Assembly: GCA_044344255.1 (NCBI GenBank)
Contig: JBIJDH010000008.1
Span: forward strand, 96,001-160,000
From: Myxococcota bacterium
Lineage (GTDB): Bacteria; Myxococcota_A; UBA796; UBA2385
Length of the DNA stretch: 64,000 nt
Reading direction: 5' to 3'
Under the pieces are notes generated by a model, which was not told the DNA's origin, searched no databases, and saw nothing but the letters and a program-made list of their open reading frames with translations. The position numbers and the translations under genes are program-made. This document shows, piece after piece, positions 35,908 to 44,655 of the stretch (the first letter of the stretch is position 1; each line of letters opens with the position of its first letter).

Positions 35908-36668
35908 ATCCCCCCGTCCGCCGCGATGCGCGCGCCGGTGATATGTCGGTTCTGTCCAGAGGCCAGCCAGACGACGAGCGCCGCCACCTCGGCGGGCTGG
36001 ATCAAGCGGCCGAGCGGGCTCTGGGCGAGGTACTCGTCGAGCCGGTGCTGCGGCAGGCTGCGGGACTGACCCGCCTCCAAGAGCCCCGGGGCCAGCAGGT
36101 TGACCTGGATCCCGTAGCGCCCCACCTCGCGGGCGAGGGCCTCCGTCATCCCGCGCAGCGCCGCCTTGGAGGCCGCATAATGCACCGGGGCCTCCACCAC
36201 CCTCCCCTCGGAGAAGGCGCCGATCGACAGGATGTGGCCGCCCTTGGCCCGGATCATCGGCCGCAGGACCGCGCGGGAGAACAGGAAGGCCCCCTTCGCG
36301 TTGACGTTCATCACCGCGTCCCAGTCCTCGGCCTCGATGAGGGCCACCGGCAACACCTGGTTGATGCCGGCGTTGTTCACGAGCAGGTCAATCCCGCCCC
36401 ACTCGGCCACGAGGGCGCTCACGGTGGCGCTCACGTGGGCGGGGTCGGCCACGGAGCCACGAAAGGCGCGGGCCTCGGGGCCAAGCTCGCCGAGGAGCTC
36501 GACGGCGTCGGCCTCGGCACGGAGGTAGGTGAAGGCCACGCGGGCGCCCGCCGCCCGGAGCGCCGTGCAGATCGCCCGCCCGAGGCCCCGGGAGCCCCCG
36601 GTCACGAGGCAGCGCCGGCCCGCGAGCGGCGACTCCATCGGCGGCGAGGCCGGCCCGTCCGCGCTCAT
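35904..36668 (-). CDS. FabG-like SDR oxidoreductase
   Basis: TGGSRGLG, NNAG, YAASK, VN.LAPG, ITG..I.ADGG. Confidence 0.9.
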   Translation of the reverse strand: MSADGPASPPMESPLAGRRCLVTGGSRGLGRAICTALRAAGARVAFTYLRAEADAVELLGELGPEARAFRGSVADPAHVSATVSALVAEWGGIDLLVNNAGINQVLPVALIEAEDWDAVMNVNAKGAFLFSRAVLRPMIRAKGGHILSIGAFSEGRVVEAPVHYAASKAALRGMTEALAREVGRYGIQVNLLAPGLLEAGQSRSLPQHRLDEYLAQSPLGRLIQPAEVAALVVWLASGQNRHITGARIAADGGI

Positions 36669-38146
36669 CGGCCCTCCCCGGCGTCGAGCTCGACCGCGCC
36701 GAGGTCAAAGCGGCCCCCGGCGCGCGGGCCCCAGCTCCGCGGCGCGCTCATGAAATTCGCCTCCTTCTCTCGATAGAGCACGTTGTAGGCACAGACGGGG
36801 ATCGTAGATCCGTCTGGGTAACAATTGGCGTCACAGCAGGCCGCGAGGCGCTCGGTGTCGAAGGTCTCTTCGTCCATGTGCGCGTGTACATAGATCGCCT
36901 TGATCCAGCGCTCCGAGGCGCGAAGGCTCTGCTCGGGGTCGAGGCTGCGGTCGCTCGGGAAGGCCTCGCGCAGGAGCCCCTTCAGCAGGCGGAGGATGCG
37001 CGCGGCGTCGGGAGGGTCCTCCGCCCACAGACGGTCAATCGCCTCTCGAAGGGCGGCCTCGAGGCGCGGGGTGGGCTCCATGTAGAGGGTCTCCGACAGG
37101 GAGAGGTACATCGTCATCGGATCGAGGAAGCGCGTGAAGGGGATGGGCGGCCCGCCCTCGGGATCGACGAGCAGATAGGCCACCTGGTAGCAGAGCGGGT
37201 GCGCGCGGGGAGAGGGCACGAAGTCATCGACGCCGATCCAGCCCGTCTGTGCGGCGATGCGCTCCAGCACCTCGTAGAGCGAGATGCGGCCCCCGCGGTC
37301 AAAGGTCGCGCCGCCCTGTCCGGTGTAGGTCATCGCGTGCACCTCGACGTGCCGCACGCAGGCGCGGGCCATCGCGAAGTCGAGGATGCGCCCGATCTCG
37401 TGGTCATTGTACCCGCGCGTGACGACCGGGATGAGCGTGACGTCGACGCCGTACCGCTCGAGGTTGTCGAGGCAGCGCAGCTTGGCCGGCAGGAGCGAGA
37501 CCCCCTGCATCAAGACGTCGGTGGCGGCGTCAAAGGTGTCAAAGGACAGGGCGACGCGGGCCCCGAGGCCCTGGAGCCGCGCTACCAGCGCCTCATCGCG
37601 GAGCTTCAAGCCGTTCGAGCAGATGGTGACACGCCGCACCCCCTCCTCCTGGGCGATCGCCAGGAACTCCTCGAAGCGCGGGTGGAGCATCGGCTCGCCG
37701 CCCGTGAGGTTCAAGAGGTCGAGCGTGCCGCCCCGACGGGCCTTGACGTGCCGCAGCACCGCCCGAAAGTCCTCCAGGGGCATGTGATAGGCGGCGTCGT
37801 TCTTGTTGTGGACGTAGCAGATCGGGCAGTCGAGGTTGCAGGCGCTCGTGATGGTGACCACGGGCATCGCCACCGGCACCTGGTGCTGCTCGCAGGGCCC
37901 GCAGTCAAAGGGGCAGCCGAGGTCAACCGCCCGCCGAAGCTCGCGGAGCGCCGGCACCGCCGGCCTCCAGGCCCGCGTGCGCTCGTACCAGTCCACCGAC
38001 GTGCCGATGGCGATGTCTTGCGCCCCGTGGGCGGGGCAGCGCTTGAGCAGCCAGACCGCGCCCTCCCGGGCCACCACCCGCGCGGGCAGGCCCTCCTTGC
38101 AGACGCGGCAGAGGCTGGAGGTGAGGTGGAGGAGGCGGTCGGTCAT
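36665..38146 (-). CDS. Multi-cluster radical SAM enzyme, Tes/GDGT-MAS (MJ0619-like) family
   Basis: SLCRVC...KRCPAHG, GCPFDCGPCEQH, CNLDCPIC, GGEP, HPLC, FD.ERL..CC...PDG..IPVCAYN. Confidence 0.8.
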   Translation of the reverse strand: MTDRLLHLTSSLCRVCKEGLPARVVAREGAVWLLKRCPAHGAQDIAIGTSVDWYERTRAWRPAVPALRELRRAVDLGCPFDCGPCEQHQVPVAMPVVTITSACNLDCPICYVHNKNDAAYHMPLEDFRAVLRHVKARRGGTLDLLNLTGGEPMLHPRFEEFLAIAQEEGVRRVTICSNGLKLRDEALVARLQGLGARVALSFDTFDAATDVLMQGVSLLPAKLRCLDNLERYGVDVTLIPVVTRGYNDHEIGRILDFAMARACVRHVEVHAMTYTGQGGATFDRGGRISLYEVLERIAAQTGWIGVDDFVPSPRAHPLCYQVAYLLVDPEGGPPIPFTRFLDPMTMYLSLSETLYMEPTPRLEAALREAIDRLWAEDPPDAARILRLLKGLLREAFPSDRSLDPEQSLRASERWIKAIYVHAHMDEETFDTERLAACCDANCYPDGSTIPVCAYNVLYREKEANFMSAPRSWGPRAGGRFDLGAVELDAGEGR

Positions 38147-38174
38147 GGGCTCGCTTATCCTCTCCCCCCGCCGC

Positions 38175-38289
38175 CTACCCGAGCTTCTTCCGGAAGCGGA
38201 GCGAGGCCCATCGCCGTGAGCATCGCGGTGGCCATCAGGAGCTGCACGTCGAAGATGAGGGGCAGGGACTCGATCCCGGCCTCGTCGCC
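38175..38289 (-). pseudogene. Frameshifted 3' remnant of a membrane protein gene (ABC-2 permease-like)
   Basis: GIESLPLIFDVQLLMATAMLTAM, then a +1 shift to ASLRFRKKLG*, resembling ABC-2 permease C-termini. Confidence 0.4.
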
Positions 38290-38364
38290 CGGGTCTTCGA
38301 GCCCGGGGTGACGACCAAGGCGCGGGGCAGCGGCCTCCGTCTGCCCGCCGCCGTGCCCGCATGA
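38287..38364 (+). pseudogene. Remnant of a histidine kinase HATPase_c 3' end
   Basis: ARVFEPGVTTKARGSGL joined directly to RLPAAVPA*; ATGA overlap with the response regulator. Confidence 0.6.
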
Positions 38365-39566
38365 AGGCGCGCGTGCTGGTGGTCGATGACGACCCGGGCC
38401 TCCGCTACACCCTCGTGGAGATCCTCGAGGCCGAGGGCCTGGAGGTCACCGCGGTCGACAGCGGCGAGGCGGCGCTGCTCGCCCTGCGGTCGGGGGCCTA
38501 CTCGCTCGTCATCACCGACCTCCGGATGCCCGGCCTCGACGGCATGGGCCTGCTCGCCGCCCTCCGCCGCGAGCCGCGCCCGCCGCGGGTGGTGATGATC
38601 ACCGCCCACGGCTCGGAGCGCACCGCCGTGGAGGCGATGAAGGCCGGCGCCTGGGACTACCTGCGCAAGCCCTTCGAGGTCGAGGAGCTCTTGCGGGTGG
38701 TGGAGCGCGCCGTCGAGACGCTCCGCCTCGCCGCCGAGAACGAGCGCCTCTCCGGCGAGCGCATCCTGTCGCGGACCATGGTCTTCGCCTCCCCACGCGC
38801 CGAGCGGCCCTACGTCCGCTTCAACTGCGCCGCGATCAGCCCCGACCTCGCCGAGGCCGAGCTCTTCGGGCACAGCAAGGGGGCCTTCACCGGCGCCGCC
38901 CGGGCGCGGCCCGGCCTCTTCGGAGAGGCCGACGGCGGCACCCTCCTGCTCGACGAGGTGGGCGAGCTCGACCTCTCCACCCAGGCCCGCCTGCTGCGCG
39001 CCCTCCAGGAGGGGGAGATCCGCGCGGTCGGCGAAGAGCGGCCGCGAAAGGTCAACGTGCGCATCCTCGCCGCCACCCACCGCGATCTGCGCGAGCAGGA
39101 GAGCCAGGGCCGCTTCCGCGAGGACCTCTTCTATCGCCTCAACGTCGTCAACCTCCGCGTGCCCGCCCTCCGCGAGCGCCCCGAGGACGTGCCCGTGCTG
39201 GTGCGCCACTTCCTCGACCGCTTCGCGGAGCGCTTCGGCACCGGCCCCATCCGCCTCGAGCCCGCCGTGCTCGACCGCCTCCTCGCCTGGGGCTGGCCCG
39301 GCAACGTGCGCGAGCTCATCAACACGATGGAGAGCCTCGTCGCCTTGTCGGTCGACGGCGTCATCGACCCCGCCCTCCTCCCCGGGGAGGGAGAGGCGGC
39401 GCTCCCCGCCCTCGGCCTCCGCGAGCGGGTGGACGCCTACGAGCGCGGCCTCATCGTCGAGGCGCTGCGCGCCGCCGGCGGCAACCAGTCCGAAGCGGCC
39501 CGGCGCCTCGGGCTGCCCCGGGTGACCCTCCACGACAAGCTGCGGCGGTACGGCCTCGAGGGCTGA
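38361..39566 (+). CDS. NtrC-family sigma-54 response regulator with in-frame deletion of Walker A (probably non-functional)
   Basis: Receiver VVDDD/DLRMP/KPF; NCAA, ELFGH..GAFTGA, LDEVGEL, FREDLFYRL, WPGNVREL; Fis HTH. The GESGTGKE segment is absent (MVFAS joins PRAERP). Confidence 0.85.
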   Translation: MKARVLVVDDDPGLRYTLVEILEAEGLEVTAVDSGEAALLALRSGAYSLVITDLRMPGLDGMGLLAALRREPRPPRVVMITAHGSERTAVEAMKAGAWDYLRKPFEVEELLRVVERAVETLRLAAENERLSGERILSRTMVFASPRAERPYVRFNCAAISPDLAEAELFGHSKGAFTGAARARPGLFGEADGGTLLLDEVGELDLSTQARLLRALQEGEIRAVGEERPRKVNVRILAATHRDLREQESQGRFREDLFYRLNVVNLRVPALRERPEDVPVLVRHFLDRFAERFGTGPIRLEPAVLDRLLAWGWPGNVRELINTMESLVALSVDGVIDPALLPGEGEAALPALGLRERVDAYERGLIVEALRAAGGNQSEAARRLGLPRVTLHDKLRRYGLEG

Positions 39567-39818
39567 GCCAGCGCGGGCGCCCGGGGCGCGCCGGCCGCCG
39601 ACCCGGACCTCGGTGGGGACCGAGAACCTGCAGGCAGTCCATCCACGACGCCGACTTTCACCGCCGAATTGCCGACCAAGGCGGGTGAGCAGTTCCCATG
39701 TCTGGTCCCGGCAACGGTGGCGCAGGGGCCCGTCGTCTGCGCCTGCCGAGCACCCGTGATAAGCTCCGAACATCGCGCGGAGTTGGCCCTGGACAGATGC
39801 ATTCGGTGGGGTGTTTCC

Positions 39819-41483
39819 TTGAAGTGGTTGTTCTGCGGAGCCCTCCTTCCGGCCATCGCCTGCGGGTCCGGTTCCAAAGGCGGGTCATCTCCTGGCTCCG
39901 ACGACGGTGCCCCCACCGATGACACCGCCGGTAGTGGCGCTCCCGTCACCGACACCAGCACCACGGTCGGAGATACCGCAGACGGCGACACCGCGGTTGA
40001 TGACACCGACTCGGGTGGTGGTGCTGATGGAGGAGACACCGGTTCGGGCTACCCTTCCTACACCATCGTCCCCCTCGACGAGGGAGACTACACGACGCTT
40101 ACGCCATCGACCGAAATGATCGGTGGGTGGTCCCTCGGGGAGAGTCTGGCCCTCACCAGCGACCTCTGGGGAGACGGCCGTCCGGAGGTGGTCAGCAGCG
40201 CCTTCTACGACGACGGATACGGGGATGCGATCTCCACCACCTACGTCTTCGACAGCGAGTTCTTCTCGTCCGGCCCGAAGGACGGCGTTGCGAACGACGA
40301 GGCGCGGATGCAGATCGACACCGTGAACGGCGGCGCCAACTCGTACCCGGGGGTCATCGGCGACCTTGATGGGGATGGGCTCGACGAGCTGGCGCTGGAA
40401 GCGGATGGTTGGGGGGCCGCCTCTGTCCTCATCCGTGGTGACCACCTCGCCACCCTCAGCGGGCTCATCGAGAGGGAGGATCTTGACCGCGATGCGGACA
40501 TGACCTTCACGGGCTGTCCCGGTGGCTTCGCCCGCGTGTGGCACTCGGGCCACCTTTCTGACCCCGCCGGCCTACAAGCCGACATCGTGGTCGACTGCTG
40601 GGGCGACATCGTCGTGCTCCATGGGTCAGACCTTTATGATGGTGAGAATAGGATTGGCGACGAAGGACAGGCGCGGATCTACAACACAGACACATGGGGC
40701 GGATCGCCCGTGGTGGAGGGAGATCGCCTCTACGAGCCCACGATTCTCGGAGACCTGGATGGCGACGGACTATACGAGCTTGCGATCCCGATGTGGTCCA
40801 AGTCCGAACCCTACAACTACATATTCTACGGGGACTCCCTCAACTTTGAAGCCCCGACTTCTACCACGGACGCCGACATCGTTTTCAAGACTCCGGATGC
40901 GGTGTCGTGGGGGGACCACGCGACTTTCTATTTTCAACCTACTCCACTCTCTGACGTCAACGGAGACGGCGTCGCGGACGTGCTCTGGAGCTCAGGCTAC
41001 GCCCAGGCAGACGACCGCGAAGACGTCGGCATCGCTTGGCTCTGGTCCGGCGCTCGCCTCGCTTCGCCAATGGTCGGTGAGGTGGGGGATGCGGACGTGA
41101 CATTCACCGCCGACTTGCCCTACTCCTACGTCGGAGACTCGGCGGCCGACGCAGGCGATGTCGACGGCGACAGCCTCAGCGACCTGCTCATCCACTCGTC
41201 CGGATATGACGCGGAAGACGCGATCAACCTCCAGCCCTGCGCACACCTTGTCCTTGGTGCGAAGCTCATCGGGGGTGGCAGCTACAACCTCGACCAGGCC
41301 GGGATAGGCTTCGTGCCCCAGGATGATGGGTATCGAAATCTTGGCCCGGGGGCTGGAGAGTACGCCGGAGGACAGGACCTCGATGGGGACGGGGTCGGCG
41401 ACCTCCTGATCGGGAACTCCGACTGGACTGGGCTGGACTACGGACGCATCTGGATGATCCCCGGCGGCACCCTCCCGCTCTGA
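39819..41483 (+). CDS. FG-GAP repeat lipoprotein with atypical codon usage
   Basis: TTG start, MKWLFCGALLPAIAC lipobox; D/T/G linker; repeated GDLDGDG..E/DL motifs; many A/T-ending codons. Confidence 0.75.
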   Translation: MKWLFCGALLPAIACGSGSKGGSSPGSDDGAPTDDTAGSGAPVTDTSTTVGDTADGDTAVDDTDSGGGADGGDTGSGYPSYTIVPLDEGDYTTLTPSTEMIGGWSLGESLALTSDLWGDGRPEVVSSAFYDDGYGDAISTTYVFDSEFFSSGPKDGVANDEARMQIDTVNGGANSYPGVIGDLDGDGLDELALEADGWGAASVLIRGDHLATLSGLIEREDLDRDADMTFTGCPGGFARVWHSGHLSDPAGLQADIVVDCWGDIVVLHGSDLYDGENRIGDEGQARIYNTDTWGGSPVVEGDRLYEPTILGDLDGDGLYELAIPMWSKSEPYNYIFYGDSLNFEAPTSTTDADIVFKTPDAVSWGDHATFYFQPTPLSDVNGDGVADVLWSSGYAQADDREDVGIAWLWSGARLASPMVGEVGDADVTFTADLPYSYVGDSAADAGDVDGDSLSDLLIHSSGYDAEDAINLQPCAHLVLGAKLIGGGSYNLDQAGIGFVPQDDGYRNLGPGAGEYAGGQDLDGDGVGDLLIGNSDWTGLDYGRIWMIPGGTLPL

Positions 41484-41537
41484 CCTCCCTGCTCTCACCG
41501 CCCTCCTGCGCCTGGACTTCAGCCTCTTGCACATGGC

Positions 41538-41690
41538 CCTCGTCGCCTCGTCGGTAGACAGAGTCATCGAACCCGCCCTCCTCCCAGGGGCAGTCCGAAG
41601 CGGCGCGGCGCTTCGGGCTGCCCCGGGTGACCCTCCACGAAAAGCTACGGCGGTACGGCCTCGACGGCTGAGCCAGCGAGCGGGCCCAGG
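41538..41690 (+). pseudogene. Diverged, internally deleted copy of the response regulator 3' end (direct repeat of ~39336-39590)
   Basis: CCTCGTCGCC..GTCGGT.GAC..GTCATCGA.CCCGCCCTCCTCCC, then CAGTCCGAAGCGGC...GGGCTGCCCCGGGTGACCCTCCACGA...CGGCGGTACGGCCTCGA.GGCTGAGCCAGCG. Confidence 0.85.
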
Positions 41691-41701
41691 GCTCGCGCGC
41701 C

Positions 41702-42964
41702 TCACCCCTCCGCGAGCACGGCGCCGATGGGGTCGGCGTTGACGAGGTCACGGGGCTCGAGGCCGGCGAGGGCGTAGAGGGTAGCGCCGATGTGCTCGGG
41801 CGTGAGGGCCTCGCCGTCCGGCTCGACGTTGCCGGTCGCGAGGTCGATGGGCTGGCCGCGGAGGTCGTCGTCGAAGGCGCCCGCGACCACGCCGCCGCGG
41901 ACCCCGGCGCCGATGAGCATGGCGGAGGTGAAGGTCCAGTGGTCCTTGCCGGCCGCCGAGTTGAGGCGGGGGCTGCGGCCCATCTCGGAGAGCACGACCA
42001 CGGTGGTCTCGTCGAGCAGGCTCCCGCCGCCGGCGCCGGCGCGGGCGGAGAGGGAGTCGAGGATCAGCTCGAGGTCAGAGAAGAGGAGCTCGTAGTTCTC
42101 GTTCTGGCTGTCGTTGTCGGAGTGGGTGTCCCAGCCGCGGTCGAAGAGGCCCTGGTGCTCGACGAGGGCGCAGCGAGAATAGCCCTGCTCGAAACACTGC
42201 AGCGCCGCCACCACCCGGTCGGGGACAGAGACGAGGGCGTCGGTGCCGAGCTCGCCCTGGTCGAGGAGGGTGGCGTTCTCGCGGGCCACGTCGAGGAGGC
42301 CGTAGGCCGAGACGAGGGCGCCGGACAGGGCGGCGGGCTGGCCCCGCTCCTGCTTCGCCGCCCAGGCCTCGGCGCGGGCGCGGGCGAAGGCGCGGGCGGC
42401 GGCGCTGCTCGAGGGGGACGGGACGAGGAGCGGGGTATCTGAACGGTAGACAAACTCCCCGCTGAGGAGGTCAGAGAGCTGGTTGTTGGCGCCGAGGCGC
42501 ACCACGGAGGCGCCGTGGCTCGCGGTGAAGCTCGGGCCGGTGAGCACGAGGTGGGGCAGGGTCCAGCGGGGATCGGCGGCGGCGATGTTCACGGCCCAGT
42601 CGTCGGCCTCCCCCTCCCCGGCCCCACAGAAGAGCAGGCGGCGGCAGCGCTCGTGGGTGAGCGAGCGCACCTCCAGGCCATTGATGAAGGCCGTCTGGTC
42701 GCCATATCGCTCGAGCGTCCGTCGGACGGAGGGGCGGTTGGGGTTGTCGACGATGGGCAGGCCCCCGACCAGGGCGATGAGGCCGCCCGGGTCTCCATCG
42801 ACCCGATCGGGGGAGAGCCCCGGCGCGAAGACCCAAGTGGGGTCCCAGCCGCCGCGGGCGAAGATGAACAGGAAGCGGTGGTTCGAGGCGTCGGCGGCGC
42901 GGGCGCGGCGCGGAGCCGCGGCCAGGGCCAACGAGAAGGCGAGGAGGGAGCGACGACTGAACAT
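41702..42964 (-). CDS. DUF1501-like Tat-exported protein
   Basis: SRRSLL Tat signal; F..GGWD, WDTH, SEMGRSPRLN...GKDHW, GAGVRGG. Confidence 0.85.
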   Translation of the reverse strand: MFSRRSLLAFSLALAAAPRRARAADASNHRFLFIFARGGWDPTWVFAPGLSPDRVDGDPGGLIALVGGLPIVDNPNRPSVRRTLERYGDQTAFINGLEVRSLTHERCRRLLFCGAGEGEADDWAVNIAAADPRWTLPHLVLTGPSFTASHGASVVRLGANNQLSDLLSGEFVYRSDTPLLVPSPSSSAAARAFARARAEAWAAKQERGQPAALSGALVSAYGLLDVARENATLLDQGELGTDALVSVPDRVVAALQCFEQGYSRCALVEHQGLFDRGWDTHSDNDSQNENYELLFSDLELILDSLSARAGAGGGSLLDETTVVVLSEMGRSPRLNSAAGKDHWTFTSAMLIGAGVRGGVVAGAFDDDLRGQPIDLATGNVEPDGEALTPEHIGATLYALAGLEPRDLVNADPIGAVLAEG

Positions 42965-44655
42965 CAGTAGCTCATGAAGCGCGGGTCTTGGAGGAGGGCG
43001 GCGAGGCTGCCCCGCCAGGCCTCGGCGGCCCGCGCGTCGGCGGCCCCGTCGGCCTCGGCCTCGAGGGCGCTCCAGAGCGCCCCCACGTCGGAGATCCAGC
43101 CCTCATCGGGTAGATCGGCGTAGAGGCGGCGGTGGAGCGAGCGCAGGCCGGCCACGAAGGCGGGGTCACCCGGGCGGTCGGCGAGGGTGAGGCCCATGAA
43201 GAGGCGGGGCTCACCGCCGGCGACGAGCTCCCGCTCCACCGCGTGGGCGGCCGAGGCCTCGGCGGCGCTCTGCATCAGGGCCAGCCAGGTGAGGCCCGGC
43301 ACGTCCTGGCTGCGGGTGGCATAGAAGCCGTCTACTCCGCCGCCGAGGAGGCGATAGCCGAGGATGTCGTTGCGGAGCTGATCGAAGCCACCCTCGAGCC
43401 AGGTGAAGCCGGTGAGGTCTTCGAGCACGCTCGCGAGCAGGGGCGCGTCCAGGATGCGCACGGCGCGCTCCCGGGCGCGCTCCGTGTCGGTGGCCGCCGC
43501 GGAGAAGCCGCCGAGCTGATACCGCGGGCCGGCCACCACCGCCTGGAGGACCGTGGTGTATCGCCCGTCTGCCGCATAGGCCTCGACGATGCCGGCGAGC
43601 TCGGCCTCGTCTTCATAGACCACCGGGCGGCGCCAGAGCAGCGCGGCGGCGGTCTCGGCGGTGCAGCGGGCGAAGCGGGGATCCGCGGCGATGAGGGCGC
43701 CGAGCTCTCCGAGGCCGGTGAAGGGGATCCCGTAATAGGCCGGCGTGACCCCGAGGAGGGCCTCTCCCATCGGCTCCCGCTCGGGGTGGTACCGCTCGAG
43801 CTCGTCGAGGTTGTACTCGTTGGCCGGCCAGAAGCCGAAGAGGGCGGTGGCCATGGGATCGAGCGAGGCGTGGCAGCCGAGGCAGTAGGGGTTGGTGCGG
43901 AGGTTGTCCTCGATGTCGGCGGCGGAGGCCGAGGCCGAGGCCGAGAGGGTGACCGGGCGGGCCGAGTAGTCCTCACAGAGCAGCAGGCGCGAGATAGCCG
44001 CCGCTCGACCTCGATTGTAATTGGACACCGTGGAGAAGTAGCGCCACCACAGGCCGTTCGTAGCCAGCACCCCGGCGGCGGGGCGGTGGTCGGTGTAATG
44101 AACCGCCTGCCAGCCGTCGCCGCCGACAGGATAATCGAGCGGCCAGAGCGGGCCGGTCACCTCATTCGCCATCGTCCAGTCGGCGGTGACGATGGTGGAC
44201 CAGGGCAGGTCGGCCGCCGCCACCCGCGCCATCAGCCGCAGGGGCTCCTCGCCCACCGCCCGCTCGAAGGGGTACTCGAGCGTCGGGTCCTCGTGGAATT
44301 CCGGGTTCTCGCGGGCGAGGACGAGGAATTCGTCGACCTGGGTGCGCCAGGCCTGGGCGTAGAGATAGACGAGCCGCTCCTCGAAGCGCGGGTCGGCGAA
44401 CAGGGCCTCGGCCTGGACAGAGACCGGCTCGGCGGCGAGGGCGTCGAGCTCGGCCTCGGTGGGGAGCGTGCCGCGGAGGTCGAGGCTCATCCGGCGGAGG
44501 AGGCGCTCGGGGCCGAGGGGGACGCCGAAGGCCTCCGCCTCGGCGGGCGCAGGCGCGTAGGCGGCCGCCGGCTCTCCGCGCAGGGCGGGGTCTCCCTGGC
44601 AGGAGAGCGCGAGGAGGAGCCCGAGCAGGCGCGGGGTGGAGGTCATCCGCGTCAT
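42964..44655 (-). CDS. DUF1585/DUF1588-like lipoprotein with CxxCH
   Basis: LSC lipobox; LRRMSLDLRG.LP, AGVL.T, RAA...LLC, CLGCH..LDP. Confidence 0.75.
   Translation of the reverse strand: MTRMTSTPRLLGLLLALSCQGDPALRGEPAAAYAPAPAEAEAFGVPLGPERLLRRMSLDLRGTLPTEAELDALAAEPVSVQAEALFADPRFEERLVYLYAQAWRTQVDEFLVLARENPEFHEDPTLEYPFERAVGEEPLRLMARVAAADLPWSTIVTADWTMANEVTGPLWPLDYPVGGDGWQAVHYTDHRPAAGVLATNGLWWRYFSTVSNYNRGRAAAISRLLLCEDYSARPVTLSASASASAADIEDNLRTNPYCLGCHASLDPMATALFGFWPANEYNLDELERYHPEREPMGEALLGVTPAYYGIPFTGLGELGALIAADPRFARCTAETAAALLWRRPVVYEDEAELAGIVEAYAADGRYTTVLQAVVAGPRYQLGGFSAAATDTERARERAVRILDAPLLASVLEDLTGFTWLEGGFDQLRNDILGYRLLGGGVDGFYATRSQDVPGLTWLALMQSAAEASAAHAVERELVAGGEPRLFMGLTLADRPGDPAFVAGLRSLHRRLYADLPDEGWISDVGALWSALEAEADGAADARAAEAWRGSLAALLQDPRFMSY

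Noticed and set aside
39600..41700. IS element or prophage
   Set aside because: No transposase, integrase or terminal inverted repeats seen; reported only as a repeat-flanked insertion.
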